The notes beneath the pieces are model-generated. The model was not told the origin of the DNA. It worked only from the letters and a program-made list of their open reading frames with translations, and did no database searches. A stretch of 64,000 nucleotides of DNA. Source: Tubulanus polymorphus. Taxonomy: Eukaryota; Animalia; Nemertea. The DNA is taken from contig NC_134028.1 of assembly GCF_964204645.1 (NCBI RefSeq), positions 7,812,001 through 7,876,000 of the forward strand. Direction: 5' to 3'. Of this stretch, positions 25,550 to 37,630 are shown one piece after another (the stretch's first letter is position 1; each line of letters begins with the position of its first letter). The translations under genes and the position numbers were made by a program.

Positions 25550-26510
25550 CCCCCATGACCTTCGATTGAATGTTTAAGTCGCAATAATTACCGCACTACA
25601 CATTTCTATTTATACGCTTCGTGACTGCGTTATTTCATTTGCTCCGCTTTGCGTTTTAAGAAAAATATATACAGCAGAGCTTGAGACTAGTCAATAAACA
25701 GAAAGCAATTTAAGAGCAAGATATTAGCAAGGGATTTTTTAATACACATGTATAGTTCATGTGTAGTGTAGTAATTGATTATGTGTAGTGAATACACAAG
25801 TTCAAGAGTTCAAGTTCATGGTAGCGAGATGATTATATGAGCGAAACAACCGGGTTAATCACCGCTAGTTTTATGATCACCGTGACCCGCAGATAAGATA
25901 CAGTTAGTATGACAATGTCAAAAAACTTTATTGTCAAGATTGCAAGGATAATACTAATTTCCATAGAACTGAGTTGTATGTAATTTTGGCAGAGTCGGCG
26001 CTGTAATGCGACGAACCCGCCAGCACGACGGCAATCTTAAACGTTTTTTTTTTAAGATTGCTGTCGATGCACCCGATATAATTTCACACCCCTCGACTCT
26101 TGGCACTCCGGGCCTCCCAACGGCGGATCGTTTTCAGTCGAAAACCAAAATCATCAGATGCGATTTTGGGAACCTTGGGATCCGAAGCTGAACTCGTGGC
26201 ATTGATTAAGAACACCGGCTGCACCATGATGCATGAATGTTTGCGCTAATAGATTCTAACACTGCATTATCCATATAATACTGTACAGTGCCGTGCCACA
26301 AAGAAGGCTACACGGCCTACATTAGTGCAATAAGCGTGGCTATACAGCATCTGGCGTTGCCTATTGAACACGGATTCTAAAACGTTTTCGAGTACGTAAT
26401 TGATCTAGAAATCTGTATATTTGAGGTCGGTAATCACGGACTTCATTTAATAGCCCATATAGGTTTAATCATTAGACAACAATACCGCGAGCAAGTTATG
26501 TAGCGCAACG

Positions 26511-26579
26511 TATAAAACAGAGCGCTAGTGGCCCCGATATTGCTGAGCTGCGTATAGAATATAGTCGAAGCGATTTGAG
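26511..26579 (+). promoter_or_regulatory. Candidate TATA box and first non-coding exon of the Ebony-like gene
   Basis: TATAAAA at 26511, followed by a strong donor GAG|GTAAGT at 26579/26580. An acceptor tttcag at 28902 lies 11 nt before ATG 28914. The link between them is inferred. Confidence 0.4.
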
Positions 26580-27064
26580 GTAAGTGTCTAGGATAAACCG
26601 AAATTATTACCATTTGATCGCGAAAACGATTCGGAGCGACAATGCTGCTTTCCTAGATTGCTTTCCGTAATTTGCAGAAATTAAATAAATTCCACAGGCT
26701 TGTCCTTACCGGCGGGTCTTAGATTGGCTTCCTTAACTGGCATTAAAACCCGTAGGACCCAGCGTCCGATATTGCCGCCACAAAGTGACGTTTTCATCTT
26801 TAGACCGCCGTTTCAAAGAGCCGCATTTTAAGGAAAACGAATTGCCCAAAAAATCAGTCACCTCGTCGCGGTTACAATAATTTTATCAAATCAACCAATC
26901 GACTTGGACTGTCCTCCGGTACGGTTGTCGAGAACTGAGTTAATATGCAGAACATTTTCTTGGTGACGTAGTGACCGCCGTAATACTCTTACACTACGCA
27001 TTTTGCCTGAAGACTTTAGCTTGATCGGTCGGCTTTTTTTCTGTTAGCGTTCTCAACAAGCGAG

Positions 27065-27490
27065 GTAGGACATAGTAGGTTTTCTGCTTTCTAGTTAGGC
27101 ACCCGATAGGGCATTGTAGGTTTTGTACCAACTAGTGGTGGTTGGGCATTGAAAGTTTTGTACCAACTCTAAGGTCGGGCATTGTAGGTTGATAGTGCCA
27201 ACTAGTGTACCTTGTAGGGCATTGTAGGTTTTTGCCAACTAGTGGTGGCTGCGCACTGGAAGCCTTGTGCCAACGTGGGGTTGCCTTGGACATTGTAGGT
27301 TTTGTACCAACTAGTGAGGTTGGGAGGGCTATTGTAGGTTTTATGCCAACAGTGAGGTTGGGAATTTTAGGTTATATGCCAACTAGTCAGGTTGGCCATT
27401 GGAAATTTTTGTACCAACTACAGACCTTGGGTGGGCTATTGTAGGTTCTATACCAACTAGTGAGGTCGGGCATTGTAGGTTTTTGCCTAT
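27065..27490. repeat. Degenerate ~30-bp minisatellite
   Basis: Repeated gggcattgtaggttttgtaccaactagtgaggtt-like units, roughly 13 copies. Confidence 0.85.
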
Positions 27491-28913
27491 TCGTGTAGTT
27501 GGACTTAAGTATGTGGGAACCTAGGACTAGGGCTCGGGTCAGAGAAGTAATGACCAGAAAGTTTATGGCTAGTGCAGACACAGTGTCGGACCGACATGCT
27601 TTGGCTAGAATAGACAGACGTCCAAACACATTTCCTTGTGTGAATCTATGTTAAGAGTTGATCTTCTTGGGTTCAGGACTCGGCTTTGAACTTTGCCAAT
27701 TGAAAAACTTATGTTTGCTGTATAACATGTTTTATCGGGCGAGTACTGTCCATAATAAATACTATTGTTGTTCCCTATATCGCGCTGCCTTGAAGATCAC
27801 TCGGACTTCTTGTAATATAGTAAGCTTTTGTTATCTGATCCATATGTGATATGATTCACACTTGCCGTGGAATATTTCGTCATCCGGCTAGTTTCTTGCC
27901 CTTGTACGTTTATGCATGTTTTACCTCGGTTCTTTTTACCTTTGTTTGACCCTGAATTGGGGAATTTCCACGCCGGTCTCTGGGTGACTTATACCCTAGT
28001 GAAGCTCAGCCCGGGGCTTCTCACCCTTGGTTATATTCTGTACCAATCATTAATGAACCCGCTCAGAATACACGTGGTCTGATTTTTGGGTGAACATTTC
28101 AAATGGGCGGAACTAAAATGGCAAGTCTTAGTGACGACGTGAGCTCTGTAGGTGCGAAAGAAGCACGGAGGAGGGGGAATGGGGCACTAACCACAAGAAA
28201 ATGTTTTAAATCTACACACTCGCTTTCTGTGTGAAAGAGTAACGCGATAATTGTTCGCAATGTGCGTATTTTAATCTAACTTTAATGCGCGCTTTACAGT
28301 ATCTCTTATTGACTTAAGAAAAAGAGGGACTTGTAAAAGTGGTCAGGATCTGCAAATACGTTCAGAACATGAAAACTTTTTTTTCCGAGTTAGTAAAAAA
28401 CTCAAAAAATTGGAGTAGGCCATGCCTGAGCCAGGATTCACCAGCATCAATTTTAACAACAAATTCACTATGTGTAGATTGATAATGCATACAAATGAAA
28501 TGCGGAAATTATTTGAAATTTCAGATATAGTTGTCTGACAAACGAGCGTAATGTCTCGCCAATCTGTAATTACATTGGGAATCTGTAAATTTGTATACTG
28601 CGAACAAGCAAATACTGTTAAGTAAATTTTATGTCGCCTGTTGGCGGGACGTATACGCACCCCACGCTACGGGCCTGCACGGACAGACCTTGAAAAGGCC
28701 TACAGTGCCTGAGCCCATTCGGTCCTAAGGACTATTCTGGCGATTCACGCAGTTCATTTCGCCGTTTACATTTTGAAATGATATACATGCCATTATCTAT
28801 GTCATCATGTTTCCAACCGAACGAGGCGGTGAACCGGCTTGTTTGGGGCCTTTCGGGTCCCATTCTTTCCTGCCTTAAGTCGTCCATTTGAATGTATTTC
28901 AGCTGCCGTGACG

Positions 28914-31807
28914 ATGTCGTTGACTAACAGTTACTTGGTCGGGAAATCCGAAAAGTACCCGGACGTAAAGGTGCACGAGTTATTTGAAGAGGTTAGTCGG
29001 CGCAATGCGAACAAAACAGCCGTCATCGAGGAGAAAACTCACGTCACATTCGAACAACTGAACCGTAAAGCTAACGCTATTGCGGCATCCATAAAACAGA
29101 ATCTAACGAAATATGACGTCGCTGGTGATGCTAAAGACCCGGTAGTGTGTATTCTGTTACCGGGCGGTTTGAAGTACACGTCGACGGTGCTAGCTTTATG
29201 GAAACTGGGCATCGCATTCATCCCATTCGAACCCGATCTACCGGTCAACCGTATGAAGCTTATTTTCAGAGAGGCGAAACCGTTGTGTTTCATTTCGTCT
29301 GGTGAATACTCGAACATCGTCAACAATTTCGAGATAATCGGCGAAGGTGTGATGATACTCGAACATGCGCAATTACTCGAAGATGGAAGCACGGATGGAG
29401 ATGGTAGTGGGAATGACGTCAAAGCGATGTACAGCGATACTGAATTAGCGGCAATATTGTATACATCGGGCAGTACGGGAACACCAAAAGGGGTCAAAAT
29501 TAGTCACAAGAATCTGGTGAACCGCTTCTTCTGGCAATGGAACGCATTTCCATTCAAAGAAAACGATCTAATCGCCGCCAAAACGGCTTTGGTATTTGTT
29601 GATTCGTTGACGGAGGTATTTGGAACGCTTTGCAAAGGGGTCACCATTGTGGTTATCCCCCCTGAGATGACGCGTAATACCGAAGTGTTCGTGAATATGC
29701 TCGATAAATATGGAGTGACTAAACTAGTCACTAGTCCATCGCAACTGCGAACCGTCTTACTGTTTAAAACGGCCGTCAACCTGCGTAGATTAAATCTCGT
29801 GGTAACCAGTGCGGAGGAACTTCCGCACGAAGTTGCTAAAGATTTCTTCAACGCGTTCCCTCGCGGTACTGTGTTGGCTAATTATTACGGCAGCACTGAA
29901 ACAACGGGCGAAATCACGACCGTCACTTTTCATTCGGCTGCCGATGTTGATCGATGCACGAGCGATCTTAAAGTCGCAATCGGTCAACCACTCGACAACT
30001 GCGCAGTATTTCTCGTGGACGAGTCCCTGACGAAGGTCGTCCCCACCGGAGAGCTCGGCGAAATACTGGTAGCCGGGCCGAGTATAGTCGACGCCTACAC
30101 CGATCGGGCTAAAATGGTGGACTTCATTCCGAATTCCATAGCGTCAATCCCCGACGAAATCAAGCTCCGATTTCCGAAACTGTACAGAACCGGGGATTTC
30201 GGGAGGATCGTCGATGGTCACGTGATCTACGAAGGTAGGCGAGATAGCCAGGTGAAGATCAATGGCAAACGGATTAATTTAGAATCGGTGAGATTGGTCG
30301 TAATGAACATTCCCGATGTCGAAAAAGCTGTCGTTTTGGTTTGTAAACTCACCGACACTAACCAGAAAATAGTGGCTTTTTTCGTCAGCAACGGCAACGT
30401 GCGCGTCACGAAAGAAGAAGTGACGAGTCACTGTAAAGATAGTTTACCGGCGTACATGATTCCATTGGTCCTCGAGGTTCCGAAAATACCGATGACAACT
30501 ACTGGTAAAACTGACCGCTTGATGCTGCTTCATATGTTCAAGAAGTCTATTTCAAACGCCACCGGCGCCAAACGAAATTACGACCAAGCTACTGCATCGA
30601 TTTTAGAAGTAATCGCCAAGTGTCTGGGAGTTAGTGAAGTAACATTGGAAGATAACTTCTTCGCCATCGGCGGCGACTCGCTCAGCGCCGTGACCATAAT
30701 CGTGCAGCTCCGAGAACTGGGATATTCGGTCGACTCGACGCAGTTCCTCAACGCCAAGTCGCTGTCGCAGATCGTCGAATCGATCAAAAATGCTAAGGAT
30801 AAAAACGACGCCAGAGATTCCGAGACGGACGAATATTCGATCGAGATGTTGAACGACGTTTCCGAAGACGATCAACAAGCGGCTAGGTCGCTGTTGGCCG
30901 AATGCTTCATTCGTAAAGACCCGATGACGATATGTTTGAGAGCGACGAAATCCGATTTCTTGGGGCACTTGGGCAAGATATGGCCGTCAGTGGCTGCATG
31001 TGGCGGAAGTGTTATCGCGCGCAATAAAAAGACAGGTAATCAACTATGATATACTGATTTTCGTCGAGATCAAAAATACATCAGTATTCTGTCGATTTTA
31101 AGCGTACGTTTATTAACCATGTTTTTAGGTCAGATTGCGGGATTGAATATGGTTGGTAATTTTGAGGTCCAAGCGCCTCCCGATGACGCGTTTGATCCGG
31201 TTCTTACTTCGATCGGGGAATTTCTGGGTTCTTGCGACGCCGACTTTCACGGTAAGTATAACTATATATCTTTAAGAAACTATAGAAGCGCCGTATTGTA
31301 TGATGACATGAAATCTTTAATTTCGAGTGTAGAAATGACGCAGGGAGGTGGTTGGTGGACCTCTTTAATCGGAGGCATCGATCCAAGTGTTCCTTACGAG
31401 GATAATCTGAAGATTTTCTTGATGATGGAAAAGAAGGTCGTCGATGTAGCGAAAGCTAAAGGTGCTAGCGGTATGACATCAGTTAATACCCACCCAGTTA
31501 CCAGTGTAAGGCTTTCACATTTTTGTATCGTCTTTTTGGGCACCGAAACATATGCTTTGTAGTTCAAGAGACGTATTCGTGTTTTCGGACACTACATGTA
31601 TATAGAATATCTACCGGGGACATCTACGTGTAGATATTTTCATCATATTTCATATCAACTTTTTTTCAGAATATCGGTGAACATTTCCTTGGTTTTACGA
31701 AATTAGGCAGTCACAAGATTAACGAGTTTGTATCCGCTGACGGCACACGACCATTCTCAATACTCGCAGATGACGTCATCGCCGACTCGATGGCCTTGAA
31801 GTTTTAA
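28914..31807 (+). CDS. ebony: Ebony-like single-module NRPS (adenylation + thiolation + amine-selecting AANAT/GNAT-like domain)
   Basis: A-domain motifs ILYTSGSTGTPKG, KTALVFVDSL, NYYGSTE, LYRTGDFG, YEGRRDSQVKING and PMTTTGKTDR. T-domain DNFFAIGGDSL. C-terminal NTHPVTS/NIGEHFLGF..INEFVSADGTRPF resembles the Ebony C-domain. Exons 28914-31035, 31129-31251, 31333-31505, 31670-31807 join in frame. Confidence 0.9.
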
Positions 31808-32165
31808 AACGCGACGGATTGAAGAACTTTACTATTTTAAGTCTTTTTAAGCGCTTCCAATCCTTCGAAATTCAATCTTAATGAAATTGATTCCTTTTAA
31901 TGTCGATAATGTTGCTGTTGATGATTTTATCGGTTCTAGAAATCAATCCCATGCATGACCTTGCGTGCAGATGCATGCATTCTTCGAAACATTTAAATAT
32001 ATACATAGTTATATTTTGCTTTTACAGTTCTATCGGTTAATTGCTGTTTTCTGGTTGAGGTATTATATAAAGTCTTTCATATGAAACGTTTATAAGAATA
32101 CATTTAGCTTGTTATTATTACTATGAAAAACATGATTGTGTTACTTGTATTTTATTTGCCATATC

Positions 32166-32580
32166 TACGGAAGCGATAAAGGGCCTCGAGTTGTCGGGTT
32201 CCAACTCGACAAGTCGCCATATTTATGTCGAAATATCGCGATATATCGCGTCAAGTCGACATGAATATGTCGACATATCGTGACGTTTTCACGACAAATT
32301 TCGCTTTTTCGCCCATTTTCCACGGGGCAAGCCGTCATTTGAAGACACGTCTAAATGTAAGATGAGGACACCAGTGATATGACGACTGAGTTTCAAGTCG
32401 TCATGAATATGTCGACTTGTCGCGAGGAAAATGGTCGTGAAAACGAAATGTGTCGTCAAAACGTCACGATATGTCGACATATTCATGTCGACTTGACGCG
32501 ATATATCGCGATATATCGACATAAATATGGCGACTTGTCGAGTTGGAACGCGACACCTCGAGGCCCCTTATGCTTCCGTA
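32166..32580. mobile_element. IS3EU-like non-autonomous element, family A copy 1 (~415 bp)
   Basis: Ends TACGGAAGC..GCTTCCGTA with long (~130 bp) inverted arms. Exact 6-bp TSD CATATC (32160-32165; 32581-32586). Confidence 0.85.
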
Positions 32581-32620
32581 CATATCATATGGCACCTTTT
32601 TGCTCAGAAAAGAACGATCG

Positions 32621-33036
32621 TACGGAAGCGATAAGGGGCCTCGAGTGGTCGCGTTCAAACTCAACAAGTCGTCATATTTATGTCGACATACCGCGATATA
32701 TCGCGTCAAGTCGACTTGAATATGTCGCTATATCGTGACGTTTTTACGACATATTTCGTTTTCTCGACCATTTTCCTCGCGACAAGTCGACATATTCATG
32801 ACGACTTGAAACTCAGTCGTCATATTACTGGCGTCCTCATCTTACATTTAGACATGTCTTCAAATGACGGCTTGTCCCGTGGAAAATGGGCAAAAAAGCG
32901 AAATTTGTCGTGAAAACCTCACGATATGTCGACATATTCATGTCGACTTGACGCGATTTATCGCGATATATCGGCATAAATATGGCGACTTGCCGAGTTG
33001 GAACGCGACATCTCGAGGCCCCTTATCGCTTCCGTA
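32621..33036. mobile_element. IS3EU-like family A copy 2, inverted relative to copy 1
   Basis: Same termini, with the asymmetric core reversed. Flanks CGATCG/CGAATA match only partly. Confidence 0.8.
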
Positions 33037-33574
33037 CGAATACGACACTGAATCATTCAAGATCGGCGGATTTATTTGGCGAATCGGTTTTCGCACCGAA
33101 TCCACTTATGTGTCTCCCGAATTTAATCGCAGGCGATTCGTACCAAAAATGACTCGCCGAAGTAATTAGCATAGGTCTATCACAAGTTTAAGCCCGTCGC
33201 GCTCAAGCGAAAAATGCACGCTTTGACCGCGTCGAAAAGCGCGTGCTACCCTGTGCTGTCATCACGAGTAACTCGTCACAAAAGGTCGTTGTGCTTTGTC
33301 GTAATTCAGCTGGGCGTTTGACCGAGCGTTGAGGAATCGTATGTTTCTAAAGCGGGGACATTCGCACGGCGTCTGCGACTTCAAATTTCGAAACGAAATT
33401 TCCGTACATGTAATAAATTTATCGATTTCAATCCCACAATCAAAAAAAAAATTGCATACGCATATACAATATTTTTCAAGGTATTTATACACTTTCAAGT
33501 TAGTCTGGGGTAATAACGCGTGCGTATATTGACAACGAATGCAGCACAAAGATGATCACCACGAAGTCGCCCAC

Positions 33575-34834
33575 TACGGAAGCGATATGTACGGAAGCGA
33601 TAAAGGGCCTCGAGTTGTCGCGTTCCAACTCGACAAGTCGCCATATTTATGTCGACATATCGCGATATATCGCGTCAAGTCGACATGAATATGTCGACAT
33701 ATCGTGACGTTTTCACGACAAATTTCGCTTTTTTGCCCATTTTTACGGAAGCGATACAGGGCCTCGAGATGTCGCGTTCAAACTCGACAAGTCGCCATAT
33801 TTATGTCGATATAATGCGATATATCGCGTCAAGTCGACATGAATATGTCGACATATCGTGACGTTTTCACGACAAATTTCGCTTTTTCGCCCATTTTCCA
33901 CGGGACAAGCCGTCATTTGAAGACACGTCGAAATGTAAGATGAGGACGCCAGTTATATGGCGACTGAGTTTCAAGTCGTCACGAATATGTCGACTTGTTG
34001 CGAGGAAAGTGGTCGAGAGAACGAAATATGTCGTCAAAACATCACGATATATCGACATATTCATGTCGACTTGACGCGATATATCGCGATATGTCGACAT
34101 AAATATGACGTCTTGTCGAGTTGGAACGCGACATCTCGAGGCCCCTTATCGCTTCCGTACATTTTTTACGGGACAAGCCGTAACTTGAAGACATGTCTAA
34201 ATGTAAGATGAGGACACAAGTAATATGACGACTGAGTTTTAAGTCGTCATGAATATGTCGACTTGTCGCGAGGAAAGTGGTCGAGAGGACGAAATATGTC
34301 GTGAAAACGTCACGATATATCGACATATTCATGTCGACTTGACGCGATATATCGCGGTATGTCGACATAAATATGGCGACTTGTCGAGTTAGAACGCGAC
34401 ATCTCGAGGCCCCTTATCGCTTCCGTAGATATGGGGCCTCGAGTTGTCGCGTTCAAACTCGACAAGTCGCCATATTTATGTCGATATATCGCGATATATC
34501 GCGTCAAGTCGACATGAATATGTCGACATATCGTGACGTTTTCACGACAAATATCGCTTTTTCGCTCATTTTCCACGGGACAAGCCGTCATTTGAAGACA
34601 TGTCTAAATGTAAGATGAGGACGCCAGTAATATGACGACTGAGTTTCAAGTCGTCATGAATATGTCGACTTGTCGCGAGGAAAATGGTCGAGAAAACGAA
34701 ATATGTCGTCAAAACGTCACGATATGTCGACATATTCATGTCGACCTGACGCGATATATCGCGATATATCGACATAAATATGACGACTTGTCGAGTTGGA
34801 ACGCGACATCTCGAGGCCCCTTATCGCTTCCGTA
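33575..34834. mobile_element. Three nested IS3EU-like family A copies
   Basis: Outer copy 33575-34834 (TSD GCCCAC), middle 33590-34427 (TSD GATATG), inner 33744-34159 (TSD CATTTT). All start TACGGAAGCG and end CGCTTCCGTA. Confidence 0.9.
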
Positions 34835-34914
34835 GCCCACACATGGGTGAATTTGAGAATTTGACGTAGCGCACTCGGCGTGCGAGGCCGGCTGTAAATT
34901 CTGTCAGGTAAATG

Positions 34915-36041
34915 TACGGAAGAGTACGGAAGAGCAATGCGGCCAACAACATTTTATTTTCAGTTTAAAAAGTCGACTTTTCGAGTTAGTAAGTCGACTT
35001 TTCGAGTTAATAAGTCGACTTTTCGAGTTTAAAAAGTCGACTTTTCGACTTTAAAAAGTCGCTTTTTCGAGTTAATAAGTCGACTTTTCGAGTTATTAAG
35101 TCGACTTTTCGACTTTAAAAAGTCGACTTTTCGATTTAATAAGTCGACTTTTCGACTTTAAAAAGTCGACTTTTCGACTGTCACTTTTTGGTACGCGTAC
35201 AAAACCGTCGCGAGCCTTTATCACGACGAAATTATGTCGAAAAAACGAGATATATAGCGATTTATCGACATAATTAAGTCGATACATCGCGTTAATGTCG
35301 TCTTATCGCAAAAACTTATCACGGTAAATCGTGATACGGATCACGACTTTAACTTATGTCGATATACTCTATCTCGACATTACCGTACCATCGACATAAT
35401 TTTCACGAGTTAACCTTAAAATGCATGTCAATTTATTGAGACAATTTCGCAAAAAGTCGACATCAATATCACGACATTGTAAAATTGATGAAGTATACTT
35501 ATTCATATTGATATATTGAGATCGCTGACCTAATTCTGGTTCATAGAACACTGAGGGATACCTCATCGAATTACAAGATACAGGGGGTCTAAGGGCATTA
35601 GGGTGTTCTCCCTTATTCCTACATTCAATTTCAAGCTAGTGTAATTTTTCAGCCCTTCATAGGCAAATACAAATGGTTACATATTCAATTTAATTTCCAG
35701 ATGGTTGGCACATCACAGGGCTTTAGGGGCCATATACTCCTTGAGATTTCTGCCTGAACCCCCTCCCCCTCCCGTTTTACTATGGGGCCTTAAGTATGCG
35801 TCTCTTTATTGAAATTAGGTCGGCTATAGGTCAGCAATATATTGGGTCGAACAACTATCACATCACTGCCGGCGGACGAACGAAAAGTCGACTTTTTAAA
35901 GTCGAAAAGTCGACTTTTTAAACTCGAAAAGTCGACTTTTTGAAGGGTCGACTTACTAACTCGAAAAGTCGACTTAATAACTCGAAAAGTCGACTTTTTA
36001 AACTGAAAATAAAATGCTGTTGGCCGCATTGCTCTTCCGTA
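34915..36041. mobile_element. IS3EU-like family B element with subterminal AAAAGTCGACTTTT tandem repeats
   Basis: TACGGAAGAGCAATGCGGCCAACA..TTTTATTTTCAGTTTAAAAAGTCGAC at the left (34925, first 10 nt duplicated at 34915) and its reverse complement ending at 36041. 20-21-bp subrepeats in both arms. No TSD recognised. Confidence 0.75.
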
Positions 36042-37630
36042 CCATATATGCCGATGACTGGGTAAACACATATACGCGCGATGGTTCGTATCAAAGACAG
36101 TTCATGAATGCTGACAAAAATATATGAGTGTTATCCGATATCGAAAAAACCGTCAAATTTAAAAAAAAAACCATTTCTTGGCAAGATCTATATATTTAGA
36201 AACGGATACATACAAATAAATGAATGTTGAAATCTTACACCGATCATTTTGTATCGTATGACTTTCATATCAAATATTTCCATCTGTATAAATTTCGACG
36301 ATATTTTAAAAGGTGAAATACATTATTAAGATATACGGTTTCGGATGACGCGAGGACGCTGGTAAGATTTCCGTTGTTGAAATCCCGAATCCGACTAGGG
36401 CCGACCACCATCTGCCTGCGACATTCGCGAATATTCCGGTGTTGGAATTAGATACGGTACATAGAGTGATGTTTAACTACGTGTATTTACAAACCAAACC
36501 GAATCAGAAAACTTGACATATGATAAGACCTACCACATTTCTAAGACATTAAGAACAATTGTTGAACAATTTACATACATAGATAAACACACAATCTATT
36601 GCAATGCAGGTGCAATCAAACGATAGAGGTGACGTCAAGGGGATTCAGCTTTATAGAAGTGAGTATTGTCGAACTCATTGTATCAGGTGCTTAAGCTTTA
36701 GATATAGTATTTCATCAATTGTCACCAATAATGCATGTGAATTATCATTACGGTATCTTTAAGATTAGGTTGGGGTCTTAACATATCCAACGGGAACTCG
36801 AATAGACTAGCCCGATAGAAAAGTAAAACGGCTGTAGTATTAGTAGCTTCTGCCAAAAAAATCAAAGGTTTTGGATAATCATTACGGCAGCACCAAGCAA
36901 CAGGTGAAATTACGTCCGTCATTTTTCATTCGGGTGCTGATATCGATGCACCGAGCAACAGTCGCGTTTAATATCTTTCTGTGCCGGCCTGGAATAGATG
37001 TACATGTATATATACGGCTCAATCTTTGACTGTTCTTTTGTACAGATCCCATCACCTGTAAATTGTATTATTCTTAGCGGCATGAAGTCTACATTAATCA
37101 TCAAAATCGATTTGAGTACGGTAGTTTATGTGCCGTTATAGCGTACCGGGTACCGGCCATCACCTATGACCGGTGAATAATCGGAGCTTCCCTTTTTAAA
37201 AACTTGAGTTAACCCTGGTAAGCGAGGAATTCGGTGACGTTTGCTCTCTACTGAAGGACGAAGAAGAGTTCCCAATGAAGATTGGATAGCAAGAGCGAGC
37301 ACTCTAACTACCGCACGCCGGGCGTAAACATACGTTTTTAGTTAAGATTTTAGACCATAATACTGTCAGTAAATTTTAACTTTTGGTTTGGGTAAATTTT
37401 AAAAGATTGGACACAATCAAACGGTCGTTCTAATCGTGACGAAATAAACTGAGTCGTGAATGTACAAAACGAAACTGAAAGTCAAACAAAGTCACGAAAG
37501 TGCAGTCAGTAAATGATTGCTGATTACATTACCATATACATGAATATGATGTTTATCTGTTGGTACCTTGAGATATATAATCCCCTCTTACTCTTTTTAG
37601 ACCTGTGAACTTTTGCCTACAAACATAAAA

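Noticed and set aside
29039-30968. Antisense ORFs over the NRPS, and similar shadows over KAT6 and the kinase exon
   Set aside because: Expected in GC-richer coding exons; no motifs.
28914-31807. Bacterial contamination or recent HGT of an NRPS
   Set aside because: It has spliceosomal introns, an Ebony-type C-terminus and animal neighbours.
32289-34835. Repeated MSTYRDISRQVDMNM ORFs on both strands
   Set aside because: By-products of palindromic CpG-rich TE arms; no domain is recognisable.
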